A stretch of DNA of 64,000 nt from Hydrogenophilus sp. (lineage in GTDB: Bacteria > Pseudomonadota > Gammaproteobacteria > Burkholderiales > Thiobacillaceae): the NCBI GenBank assembly GCA_020692235.1, contig JAIMKU010000003.1, positions 358-64,357 of the forward strand, read 5' to 3'. A model generated the notes under the pieces. The model was not told the DNA's origin, did not search any database, and worked only from the letters and a program-made list of their open reading frames with translations. How positions within the stretch are numbered: position 1 is the stretch's first letter; each line of letters opens with the position of its first letter. Made by a program: the position numbers and the translations under genes. This document shows, in pieces, positions 1 through 11,569 of the stretch.

Positions 1-463
1 TCTCCGAGCCGCCACCCTTGGCCGCCAGGGTCACTTCGACTTTATCGCCGGGGACAATCTCATAATGAATCACCGCCGGGGTATTGTCGCGGGTGTTTTT
101 GCGTGCGCCGGCGGGGTCGGCCACCACCGAGGCGCGCAGCACGTTGTCCGGGTTCGTGTAGGCGCGGCGCACCCCTTCGTTGACCATGTCGCCAACGCCC
201 ATGGCGGCATCCCAGCGGACATCCATGCCGACCTTGACGAAGGCCATTACGATGCCGGTATCCTGGCAGATCGGCCGGTGTCCCTCTGCGCTCATGCGCG
301 AGTTGGTGAGGATTTGGGCAATGGCGTCGCGGGCGGCGGGCGACTGTTCCCGTTCGTAGGCCTTGCCCAGCGCCGTGATGAAGTCGAGCGGGTGATAGTA
401 GGAGATGTATTGCAGCGCATCGGCAACGCTGGCGATCAAGTCTTCTTGGCGGATGGTGGTCAT
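1..463 (-). CDS. fumA: Class I (Fe-S) fumarate hydratase, N-terminal part; runs off the window start
   Basis: Not in the ORF track. Manual translation from ATG at 463 gives MTTIRQEDLIASVADALQYISYYHP...RPICQDTG...AAKGGGSE. AGAGGA RBS upstream. Confidence 0.92.
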   Translation of the reverse strand, partial: MTTIRQEDLIASVADALQYISYYHPLDFITALGKAYEREQSPAARDAIAQILTNSRMSAEGHRPICQDTGIVMAFVKVGMDVRWDAAMGVGDMVNEGVRRAYTNPDNVLRASVVADPAGARKNTRDNTPAVIHYEIVPGDKVEVTLAAKGGGSE

Positions 464-477
464 GGCGATTTTTCCTC

Positions 478-3060
478 TTAAGTTCGCAGTTGCAGTAATA
501 GATCGGTTTCAAACTGGCGCGCCGTTTCTGGGTTTTCCAGTTCATCTCCGGCCATCAGAAAGGTGTCCTCGGCGCGTTCGCCAAGCGTTGTGATCTTGGC
601 CGTATGCAGATGGATACCGTGTTTTAGCAGGGTCTGCGCGATGCGCGACAACAGCCCAGGCCGGTCGCCGGCAGTGACCGAAAGGACATAGTAGACGTTT
701 TTTTCGTCCGGCTTGATGGAAATCTCCGGGGTAATCGGGAAATGTCTCAGATGACGACTCAAGCGTCCTTGCAGGGGCGGGTCGAGTGGCGCCGCGCCAA
801 GCAGCCGCTGCAATAGTTCGTGATTGATGAAATAGAGCAGGTCGCGGTAGTGGACGGCACGGTTGGCTTCGTCCAGCACGACGAAGCTGTCCAGCGCATA
901 GCCATGGCGACTGGTGTGGATCTTGGCATCGACGATATTGAAATCGTTGCGTTCAAAAAAACTGCAAATCCGGGCGAACAGGTCGTCCCGCTGCGGCGTG
1001 TAGATCATCACCTGGATGCCCTCGCCGGCGGGGCTCAGACGCGACTTGACGATGGTCTCGCCGGCGGCGGCCTTGCCGTATAGGTTGCGGCTGTGCCAAA
1101 CGATTTCCTGGGCGTCGTGACGCAGAAAATAGGCCGGCTCAAGTTCGGCCCAGAGTGCCTGAATGGTCTCGTGGTCGAAGTCATAAAGCCGGAGGATGTT
1201 GAGCGCCTCGGCCTGTCGCGTCAGCAAGTGGCTTTCCAGCGTGGCGGCGCCGCCGCCCAGGTGGCGATGCGTCGCCTGAAACAGGTCTTCCAGCAACTTG
1301 CCCTTCCAGGCATTCCAGACGGTCGGACTGGTACCGCGAATATCGGCCACGGTGAGCAGGTACAGCGCGATCAGGTGGCACTGGTCGCCGACCCGGATGG
1401 CGAACGCCTCGATCACGTCCGGGTCGCTGATGTCCTGCTTCTGAGCCGTGGCCGACATCACCAGATGGTTCGCCACCAGCCAGACCACCAGTTCGGTTTC
1501 CACCTCGGTGACCTGGTGCAATTTGCAGAAACGTTCCGCTTCCTCCGCGCCCAACATAGAGTGGTCGCCGTTACGCCCCTTGGCGATGTCGTGGAATAGC
1601 CCGGCCAGATAGAGCGTCTCGGGCTGTTCGAAGGCGCCAATCAGTTCGCTGCATAAGGGAAGTTCATGGGCGAACCGGGGCGCCATCATGCGCCGCAGAT
1701 TGCGGATCACCATCATGATGTGTCCATCGACCGTATAGACATGGAACAGGTCATGCTGCATCTGCCCGACGATCCGGCCGAATGCCGGTATATAGCGCCC
1801 CAGGATGCCGAGCTGGTTCATTCGGCGCAGCTCGTGAGTGATGCCGTGGGGTTGCCGCATGATTGCCATGAACAGCTCGCGGTGGCGCGTCTCGCGGCGG
1901 AAGCGGCCGTCGATCAGCGACGCCGAACGCCATAGGGCGCGCAGGGTGGTGGCGCTCATGCCGCTCAGCTTGGGTTGCTGCTGCATGACCAGGAAGCCCT
2001 CCAGGATGGCACCCGGATCGCGCTGAAAGACGTTGTCGTCGGCGATCTCAAGCAGCCCGTTGCGGGCCTGAAAATTCGCATCGATGCGGGTGACCACTTG
2101 CGAGTCGGCGGGAAAGATTCGCTTGCGCAGGGTCCTCAGCAGGATTTCGTTGAACAGGCTGACCGCCTTGGCGGTGCGGTAATAGCGCTGCATCAGTTGC
2201 TCACTGGCAATGCGCCGCGCCGCGTGGCGACCCTTTTCCGTCCCGGTCAAACCATATTGTTCGGCAAGCGGCATCTGGTAGTCGAACAGCAGCCTGTCCT
2301 CGCGCCGGCGGGCGAGATAATGCAGACGGATGCGAAGATTCTCCAGCAGCCGTTGGTGGCGGTGGATTTGCCGGGCTTCCTGGGCGGTGATGATGGCCTT
2401 GAGCGTAAGTTGCTCCCATGAGCCGCCGAGCCCCATGGCGCCGCTGATCCACAAGATGTTCTGCAAATCCCGCAGGCCGCCGGGGCTTTCCTTCAGGTTC
2501 GGCTCCAGGTTATTGGCGGTATCGTGAAAACGGGCGTGACGTTGCTGCTGTTCCTGGAGCTTTGCCTCGAAAAATTCGCGCGGGTTCAGACGACGCCGCA
2601 CGGCGCTGTCAAGGTCCCGGAAAAGCTCGCCGTCGCCGGTCAGAAAGCGCGCTTCGAGCAAGTTGGTCTGGACGGTAATGTCCTGGGCCTCTTCCATGCA
2701 CTCCGGTAGTGTGCGCACGCTGTGCCCGACATCCAGACCGATATCCCAGAGCAGACCGACCAGCCGTTCGACATCCGGGTCATGAACGGCATCCGGGTGC
2801 TCCGGCAGGAGGATCAGCAGGTCGATGTCAGAACCGGGGAAAAGCTGTTTACGGCCATAACCGCCAACCGCGATAAGCGCCATGTCCGGCGCCAGGGAAA
2901 GTTGCCGCCAGATCGCAATCAGCAGCTTATCCACCAGCCTGCTATGGCCGTGCAGCAGGGTCTCGGCATCACCGTTTTCCAGATAGGCCCGGCGCAGTTC
3001 GTCCCGACCCGCTTGCAGGGTCCCACGCCAGTAAGCCGCGTCCGGAGGTGGAGGATTCAT
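478..3060 (-). CDS. glnD: [Protein-PII] uridylyltransferase
   Basis: 860 aa; AVGGYGR..LFPGSDIDLL NTase motif, NLKESPGGLRD, HLFHVYTVDGH HD region, C-terminal ACT domains (DRPGLL). Confidence 0.97.
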   Translation of the reverse strand: MNPPPPDAAYWRGTLQAGRDELRRAYLENGDAETLLHGHSRLVDKLLIAIWRQLSLAPDMALIAVGGYGRKQLFPGSDIDLLILLPEHPDAVHDPDVERLVGLLWDIGLDVGHSVRTLPECMEEAQDITVQTNLLEARFLTGDGELFRDLDSAVRRRLNPREFFEAKLQEQQQRHARFHDTANNLEPNLKESPGGLRDLQNILWISGAMGLGGSWEQLTLKAIITAQEARQIHRHQRLLENLRIRLHYLARRREDRLLFDYQMPLAEQYGLTGTEKGRHAARRIASEQLMQRYYRTAKAVSLFNEILLRTLRKRIFPADSQVVTRIDANFQARNGLLEIADDNVFQRDPGAILEGFLVMQQQPKLSGMSATTLRALWRSASLIDGRFRRETRHRELFMAIMRQPHGITHELRRMNQLGILGRYIPAFGRIVGQMQHDLFHVYTVDGHIMMVIRNLRRMMAPRFAHELPLCSELIGAFEQPETLYLAGLFHDIAKGRNGDHSMLGAEEAERFCKLHQVTEVETELVVWLVANHLVMSATAQKQDISDPDVIEAFAIRVGDQCHLIALYLLTVADIRGTSPTVWNAWKGKLLEDLFQATHRHLGGGAATLESHLLTRQAEALNILRLYDFDHETIQALWAELEPAYFLRHDAQEIVWHSRNLYGKAAAGETIVKSRLSPAGEGIQVMIYTPQRDDLFARICSFFERNDFNIVDAKIHTSRHGYALDSFVVLDEANRAVHYRDLLYFINHELLQRLLGAAPLDPPLQGRLSRHLRHFPITPEISIKPDEKNVYYVLSVTAGDRPGLLSRIAQTLLKHGIHLHTAKITTLGERAEDTFLMAGDELENPETARQFETDLLLQLRT

Positions 3061-3097
3061 AGTGCTCGGTGATGTGGCCAGAAATACGCTTACGCCT

Positions 3098-6000
3098 TCA
3101 GAACCGGTAATTCAGTTCCATCGTGTATTGAGTGGCCCGGTTTCGATCGAACATGTCGTTGCTGGAAAAACGTGCCAGCCAATGCTTATCGCGGGATTCC
3201 CGGAAAACATCCAGGGCGCCACCGAGGCCGGCGCGCAGAGGCATGACGTTGGCCTCGTCCTGGTAGCGGCGTGTGCGATGGGTCAGCAGCCCCGCCACAT
3301 ACCAGCCGTCGGGGTTCACCCAGGTGGCGCCGACGGCGATCGTGTGGCGCGGCAGATAGGGAATGGCCAGAGCGGCATCGGTGGAGTTATGCGAATCGGT
3401 GTAGCTATAACGGGCTATCGCCGCCCATTCGCTGTTCAGTATGCGATTGACGGCGATACCGGCGCTGCGGATGGTGCCGCCGGCATAGTCCGGGGTGTCC
3501 ACGAACTCATACGAATCGCCCCGCATCAGGGAACCATAGTCCCGTGGCCGCAGCTTGTTCAGGCTTTCCAGCTCGCTGACGGTAAACGGCCGGATACCTA
3601 ACCTATGGTTGTCAATATCCCGATAGTCCAGATAGCCGGTGAGGAAGGTGTCGGGGTTGCTTTCCCATTCGCCTTGCACGCGGACACGGTTCAGCTCGCC
3701 GCCACGGCTCACCAGGCGGTCGTCCAATGGGATGCCGGCGCTGGCCACCGGCCCCAGGCTGCTGAAGGTGCTGGGCCTTAGCCAGTTCTGCCAGGCGAAG
3801 CGCAGGCGCAGTTGCTCATTGGCACGGTAGACCAGGCCGACGCGGGGACTGATCCGTCGGATATTCTGGCGCTCGGCGACGGGCACGGGCGAACCCGGCG
3901 TATCAAGGATGAAGTCGGTGACCAGACTGTCAGCCTGACGATCCTGCTGCTGATAAGCGATCGCCCAATCCAGAACCAGCTTCGGAGCGAACCGATAGAC
4001 GTCCGAAACATAGACATCCAGCGAGCGCTCGCGGATGCGGTTGTCGGCATGTTGTATCCAAAACCCCGGCAGACCCGATGAGGCAAACAGGTCCGACCTC
4101 AATAGACCATCCGTGCGACGCAACCCATAGTCGGCACCCCAACCGATTTGGTGTCCGCCCTCGGTCTCGAAGCCATGGCGGAAGGCGAACTCGGGCACGG
4201 AAACGGCCACCCTGGAAACGATAGGGTCGCCGCCCAGCGTACCGCCGGTATCTTCAGCGGAAGAGAAATAGCCCGCCTTGAGCCAGACCTGAGAGGTCGG
4301 CGCCAGCTTGTGGCTGAAACCGATGTCCAGACGACGGGAGTCCAACCGGTCAGCCACGTCGTAGTCGCCAAAGCCTGGCAGGTTGCCCACCGGCCGGCTG
4401 TCCTGGCGGCTGCCATCGGCGAATACGAATACGCCATTGTCATAGTTAGGCTTGATGCCGAAGGCGGCGGTAAAGACGTTCAGGTCATAGGGCCGGTCGA
4501 GCAGGTTCCAGTTGACGTTTTCATAGCCCAGGTACCAGGCCATGGGCTTCGGCTCGACCCGATAACCGCTGTACTCCACCTGCGGGCTGAAACCGTCCAG
4601 ACGGTCGGAGCGGGTATAGCGCAAGCCCAGGTTCAGGTTGTTGGCCGGGCCCGGTATCAGGCTCTTGAAGCGATTGCCGGCACCGAATACCGTGGGATCA
4701 GAAATCAGGCCCTGAAACAGTTCTGAGTTTTTGCTGAACAGGCCGTTGTAGCGGTCGGCCAGAAACAGATGGCTGCCGGCCCAGAGTGGATCGTAGGACT
4801 CCTGGGCATAACCGCGCGCCCATTCCTCCATGCCCATGAATGCGAAGGCCTGGCCCAGATTGGCGCTGCCCTGCCGGTCGTTGGCCAACTGATTGAGCGA
4901 CTTGAGAAAGGGTAGCCGGTGCATGGCCTGGCGCGCGGCTTCGACGGCGGCGGCCGGGCGCATCAGGTCGGAGTGGATCATTGCCGCCATGAAGTACGGC
5001 AAGGGATCCTTGTCGTCCAATTCACTGGCCCGGGCCAGTTCCTGTTGAGCCGCCCCGATCTCGCCCATCTGGTAATAGGCCACGGCGCCATAGACATGGG
5101 CACGGGCGTAGCGGGGTTCCATGACGCCGGCCTTGAGGAAGGCGTCCAGGGCCTGGCGGGGATGACCCAGCTTAAGTTCAAGCACCCCCAGACCGGTCAG
5201 GGCAACGAAATCCGCCGGGTTGTTTGCCAGGGCCGCGCGATAGGTGTTTTCGGCCTGGGCGAATTCGTTGGCGAGGGTTTCCAGAGTGGCCAATTCGCCC
5301 TGGTAGCCGATGCCCGTCGGGTTCAGGGCAAGGGCCTGGATCAGGTCGGCCCGCGCCTCGCGTATATATTCCCGTTCGCCATAGGCGGCGCCGCGGCCAT
5401 ACCAGGCCCGGTCGTCGTCCGGCTTGAGACCGATGGCCAGACCGTAGGCGGGAAAAGCTGCCGCGACGTCGCCTTCGCGGCGGGCGATGTCGGCCCGCGC
5501 CAGCCAGGCGTCATAGGACGCCAGATCGGCGTCTATGGCCTGTTCGGCAACCCGGGCGGCCTCGATGGCACGATCATCGAGCAACAGCAACCGGGCTTGC
5601 TGGGCGTAAAGCCGGGGGTCGTCCGGGAAACGTTGCAGGCCCTGCCGGATTTGTTCAAGGGCCGCTGCGATGTCACCCTCCTGGACGGCCAGATCGGAGA
5701 GTAACAACCAAGGCGCGGGTTGCTTCAGGTCGTAGCGTCGAGTCGTGACCTGTAATACCGCCAGGGCGGCGCCGAGGTCCTGGCTCAGGATCAGACGCCC
5801 GATATCGGCGTAGACCCAGGCCTCGGATGCCTTCAGCGACTGGGCCCGTTGCAGCCAAGCGGTCGCGCCCTTGGCGTCGTTATCGTGCAAGGCAACGTAG
5901 GCCAGGCCGAGCATGGCCTCGGCGTCTTCGGGCCGGGCCTGGCGAGCGGCGCCGAATTCGTTTTCGGCATCGCGCCAACGGCCCAGGTCCGCCAGAATGC

Positions 6001-6712
6001 GGCCCCGTTGCACTCGCGTGGCAGGATCGCCGGCGCTCGTCTCGCTCAAGCGTTGGCGCAGGTCGGGAAGGCCGGCGCCGTCCAGGGTGACATGGCGCAA
6101 GGGGTCCACTTGGTAGGCGGTAACCCATTGCACCCGCGCCTTGAGATTTTGTACCACCAGCTTGATCGGGGCCTTGCCCGGCTCCGCCATGGCCTGCTCG
6201 TTGGCCGCCACGCTGATGCGGCCGAGGTCGTTGTAGAACTCCACCTTGCCGCTGAATACCGAGAGCCGGGAACGGCCGTCTTCGGCCACCTCCATTTCCC
6301 AATCGGTGCCACGCAGACCGGCGACAGCCGTAGGCGTTTGCCAGGTAAATTGCCTGGGCGGGGTCTTGGACTGCACCCAGGCCCGGCCGAGTAGTTGACG
6401 AAACGCGGTCTGTCCGGGGGAACGCGGTTTGGCCTGAACCGCTTGAATTTCAAGTACGCTCTTTTCGTTCAGGCGAACCTGGGTATGGTCGTCGAGCAGC
6501 AGGGCCACGCGGCTGTGCGGGCCGGTGCGCACGGTCTGTCCAGGGCGCAGTCTTTGCTTGACGGCAACCGCCTGCCAGGCCGCGCCTGCCTCGCTCAGAT
6601 ATTCCACATGGCCTTGCGGATCGACGACCGTGGCCGCGCCGGCGATGCCCTCGCCGTGCGCGGCAAGACTCGACAACAGGCCAATCAGCAGGGCAACGAT
6701 AGGGAGCGACAT
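3098..6712 (-). CDS. Exported FecR-domain / TPR-repeat / TonB-receptor-like beta-barrel protein
   Basis: 1204 aa; signal peptide, FecR-like N-terminus (TGPHSRVALLLDD...TPTAVAGLRGT), many TPR-like helices, beta-strand-rich C-terminus ending in YRF. Confidence 0.75.
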   Translation of the reverse strand: MSLPIVALLIGLLSSLAAHGEGIAGAATVVDPQGHVEYLSEAGAAWQAVAVKQRLRPGQTVRTGPHSRVALLLDDHTQVRLNEKSVLEIQAVQAKPRSPGQTAFRQLLGRAWVQSKTPPRQFTWQTPTAVAGLRGTDWEMEVAEDGRSRLSVFSGKVEFYNDLGRISVAANEQAMAEPGKAPIKLVVQNLKARVQWVTAYQVDPLRHVTLDGAGLPDLRQRLSETSAGDPATRVQRGRILADLGRWRDAENEFGAARQARPEDAEAMLGLAYVALHDNDAKGATAWLQRAQSLKASEAWVYADIGRLILSQDLGAALAVLQVTTRRYDLKQPAPWLLLSDLAVQEGDIAAALEQIRQGLQRFPDDPRLYAQQARLLLLDDRAIEAARVAEQAIDADLASYDAWLARADIARREGDVAAAFPAYGLAIGLKPDDDRAWYGRGAAYGEREYIREARADLIQALALNPTGIGYQGELATLETLANEFAQAENTYRAALANNPADFVALTGLGVLELKLGHPRQALDAFLKAGVMEPRYARAHVYGAVAYYQMGEIGAAQQELARASELDDKDPLPYFMAAMIHSDLMRPAAAVEAARQAMHRLPFLKSLNQLANDRQGSANLGQAFAFMGMEEWARGYAQESYDPLWAGSHLFLADRYNGLFSKNSELFQGLISDPTVFGAGNRFKSLIPGPANNLNLGLRYTRSDRLDGFSPQVEYSGYRVEPKPMAWYLGYENVNWNLLDRPYDLNVFTAAFGIKPNYDNGVFVFADGSRQDSRPVGNLPGFGDYDVADRLDSRRLDIGFSHKLAPTSQVWLKAGYFSSAEDTGGTLGGDPIVSRVAVSVPEFAFRHGFETEGGHQIGWGADYGLRRTDGLLRSDLFASSGLPGFWIQHADNRIRERSLDVYVSDVYRFAPKLVLDWAIAYQQQDRQADSLVTDFILDTPGSPVPVAERQNIRRISPRVGLVYRANEQLRLRFAWQNWLRPSTFSSLGPVASAGIPLDDRLVSRGGELNRVRVQGEWESNPDTFLTGYLDYRDIDNHRLGIRPFTVSELESLNKLRPRDYGSLMRGDSYEFVDTPDYAGGTIRSAGIAVNRILNSEWAAIARYSYTDSHNSTDAALAIPYLPRHTIAVGATWVNPDGWYVAGLLTHRTRRYQDEANVMPLRAGLGGALDVFRESRDKHWLARFSSNDMFDRNRATQYTMELNYRF

Positions 6713-6764
6713 GATCGAGTAGCCGCTTGGTTGGGGTCAGCAGCAACCGGAACCGGCGCCAAGC

Positions 6765-7183
6765 TCAACGCATGTTCTTGAGGGCATACTGGCTGACCTG
6801 ATTCTGTTGGGCCAGGGCGCGGCCCAGCACGGTGGCCAAGTTGCCGCTGGCCTTACCCTTGAGCAGACGAAGGGCGGTCAGGTCTTTGCTGAGTTGATCC
6901 ACCGCCGGGGTTAGCGTTGTCGGCGCGGCAGCGGGAGAAGACGACTTGAGCTGGATGAATTTCTCCAGGCTCTGGCCGGCCTTGTCCAGGGCCTTGGTGT
7001 ATTGGGGCACCAGCGGATTGGCGGCATAGGGTTTGACCGCGGCCAGATAATCGACCCTGGCCTTTGCCCACTGTCCCCGTACTTGAGTCGCCACGTCCGC
7101 CGAGGTGGCGGCCCAGGCCGCCAAGGGCGCCGCCAAACCAAGCAGCAGGGTCATAAGGATGAGGCGGACGGTATTTTTTTCAT
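6765..7183 (-). CDS. Small secreted helical hypothetical protein; probable start is out of frame by 1 nt in an A7 run
   Basis: GGAG RBS then ATG at 7183 followed by A7. An A8 run would give MKKNTVRLILMTLLLGLAAPLAAWA (signal peptide) in frame with the ORF ending at 6765. Confidence 0.6.
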
Positions 7184-7231
7184 GGCGATGACTCCAGGTT
7201 CCCAAACGGTTATAGGGGCGGAGCGGCCAGC

Positions 7232-7299
7232 AAAAAAACCGAGTTTCGCCCGCCCCCGTTACAGCCTACCCTCGATTGGGCTCAGGGGGCGGTTTTTTT
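7232..7299. terminator. Intrinsic-terminator-like hairpin downstream of icd
   Basis: CCGCCCCC (7250-7257) / GGGGGCGG (7285-7292) stem flanked by A7 (7232-7238) and T7 (7293-7299). Confidence 0.6.
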
Positions 7300-7322
7300 C
7301 AAGACGCATGGGGTCTTTGTGC

Positions 7323-9572
<2,250 letters not shown>

Positions 9573-9582
9573 TTACTGGAGG

Positions 9583-11523
9583 TCAGGCCGCCTGCTGGCT
9601 GGCAAACAAAGAAAGCGCGCCGCCGGCACGGATCATGGGGACGTCCTCCTTGCCCTGGGCGAGTTTGAGCGGAATCTCACCGACGCCGCCAACTACCAGC
9701 TTGAGCTGGCCACTTTCCAGATGGGTGGTGTCGAGCGCGACCTTGGCACCTTGTTCGATGCGTTCGAGGTCGGCCGGGTTTTCGAAGGTCAGCGCCAGGA
9801 TGCCGAAGTTGGCGAGGTTGGCGAGGTGGATGCGCTCGAAGCCTTTTGCCACGATGGCGCGCACCCCCAGGATGCGCGGACACAGCCCGGCGTGCTCGCG
9901 GGAGCTGCCCATGCCATAGCCGTCGCCGGCCACCAGAAAGCCGTGGCCGCCGGCGTCGCGCAGGGCCGCCGCGCGGGTGCTGAAGGTCTTGTCGGCCTGG
10001 ATGAAGGTGGCCTGTTTGGCATATTCGTCGGCGTTGGAACGCAACGACAGATACTTGCCGGCGGGCTGGATCAGGTCGGTGGTGACTTCGTCGCCGAGCT
10101 TGAGCAGAACCTCGCCTTCCAGCTTTGCGGGGAGTCCCGATAACGTCGGCAGGGGGACGATGCCGGGGCCGTAATGGATGGCCACCTTGGCGGCCTCGGC
10201 GGGCGGCAGCGGCGCCACATAGGTAGCCATGTCGACCACCGGCGGGACTTGCTTGTAGGCAAGATCGCCGCTGAAGAGATCACGCGGGTCGGTGAGTCTA
10301 CCCATGACCGCGCTGGCGGCGGCGGTGACCGGGCTGACCAGATGGACAGCCGCGCTCTCGGTGCCCGAACGGCCGGCAAAGTTGCGGTTGGCGGTGGACA
10401 GCATCACGCCGTTGCTGGGCGGGCTGAAGCCTTGGCCGATACAGGCGCTACAGGCGTTTTCCATGATCCGCACCCCGGCGGCGTAGAACACCTCCATGTA
10501 GCCGGCCGCCGCCAGTTGCCGGGCGATGGCCTGCGAACCGGGGGCGATGGCGGTGTCTACCTTGACCCGTTTGCCGCGAAGAATCTCGCCGACGCGGGCC
10601 AGGTTGGCGTAGTTGGCGTTGGTGCAACTGCCAATGAACACTGCGTCGATGGGCATTCCGGCGTGCTTGGCGACCGGTTCCATGGCCTTCAGGCGCGGGT
10701 AAAGCGCGATGGTGGGCACTAGCGACGACAGGTCGATCTCGACCGTGCGGCTATAGCTTGCGCCGGCGTCAGCGACCATGGGCTGGAAGTCCTTGGTGCG
10801 CTGCCGGCCTTCGAGGTAGGCCCGGGTGACCTCATCCGAAGGGAAGATCGAGAAGGCGACGCCGCTCTCGGTGCCCATGTTGGCGACCGTGGCACGGTCG
10901 GTGACATTCAGGCTCTTCAGACCCGGCCCGGTGTACTCCAGGCAGATGCCCTTGTTGCCCTTGATGCCGATGACGCTGAGTACGTTCAGGATCACGTCCT
11001 TGGCCAGAACACCCGGATGCAGGGCGCCGGTGAGGTGAACCTCCACCACGTTCGGCATCTCGATCTTGTACGGGGTGCCAGCCATGGCGAAGCTCACGTC
11101 GGTGCCGCCGGCGCCCAAGGCCAGCATCCCCATACCGCCAGCGTTGGTGGTATGGGAATCGGAACCGAGGACCGACTTGCCGGGAACCGCGAAGTCTTCC
11201 AGAAACACGCTGTGGCAGATGCCATTGCCGCCGCGCGAGAACCAGCAGCCGTATTTCTTGGCGAAGCTTTCCAGATAGCGATGGTCATCGCCGTCGATGT
11301 AGCCGACTTGCAGCATCTTGTGATCAATAACGATGACTGCGGTGGTCTTTACCCGGTCAATGCCCATCTTCTCGAAGGCCAGCGCGGCGGCAGTGCCGGT
11401 GGCGTCCTGATAGAGGGTATGAGTGAATTGAATCTCCAGCGTCTGCCCCGGTTCGGGCAGTTGGCTCGGCTTACCGGCTGCGTTGGCCAGAAGTATCTTC
11501 TGTGCGACGTTAAGTGCGTTCAT
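9583..11523 (-). CDS. acn: Aconitate hydratase (short ~650 aa type)
   Basis: GNGICH, GSDSHT, IGSCTN, CSACIG Fe-S ligands, swivel domain with YGMGSSREHA. Start set at the RBS-preceded ATG at 11523. Confidence 0.9.
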   Translation of the reverse strand: MNALNVAQKILLANAAGKPSQLPEPGQTLEIQFTHTLYQDATGTAAALAFEKMGIDRVKTTAVIVIDHKMLQVGYIDGDDHRYLESFAKKYGCWFSRGGNGICHSVFLEDFAVPGKSVLGSDSHTTNAGGMGMLALGAGGTDVSFAMAGTPYKIEMPNVVEVHLTGALHPGVLAKDVILNVLSVIGIKGNKGICLEYTGPGLKSLNVTDRATVANMGTESGVAFSIFPSDEVTRAYLEGRQRTKDFQPMVADAGASYSRTVEIDLSSLVPTIALYPRLKAMEPVAKHAGMPIDAVFIGSCTNANYANLARVGEILRGKRVKVDTAIAPGSQAIARQLAAAGYMEVFYAAGVRIMENACSACIGQGFSPPSNGVMLSTANRNFAGRSGTESAAVHLVSPVTAAASAVMGRLTDPRDLFSGDLAYKQVPPVVDMATYVAPLPPAEAAKVAIHYGPGIVPLPTLSGLPAKLEGEVLLKLGDEVTTDLIQPAGKYLSLRSNADEYAKQATFIQADKTFSTRAAALRDAGGHGFLVAGDGYGMGSSREHAGLCPRILGVRAIVAKGFERIHLANLANFGILALTFENPADLERIEQGAKVALDTTHLESGQLKLVVGGVGEIPLKLAQGKEDVPMIRAGGALSLFASQQAA

Positions 11524-11569
11524 AGTCTCCACCTTTGTCTATCGGTTGGGTTGATTTCGTAACCGTTCG

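Noticed and set aside
7202-7320. Riboswitch (e.g. c-di-GMP-I, prompted by GCGAAAC)
   Set aside because: The second conserved stem and flanking motifs are missing; a terminator-like hairpin explains the structure.
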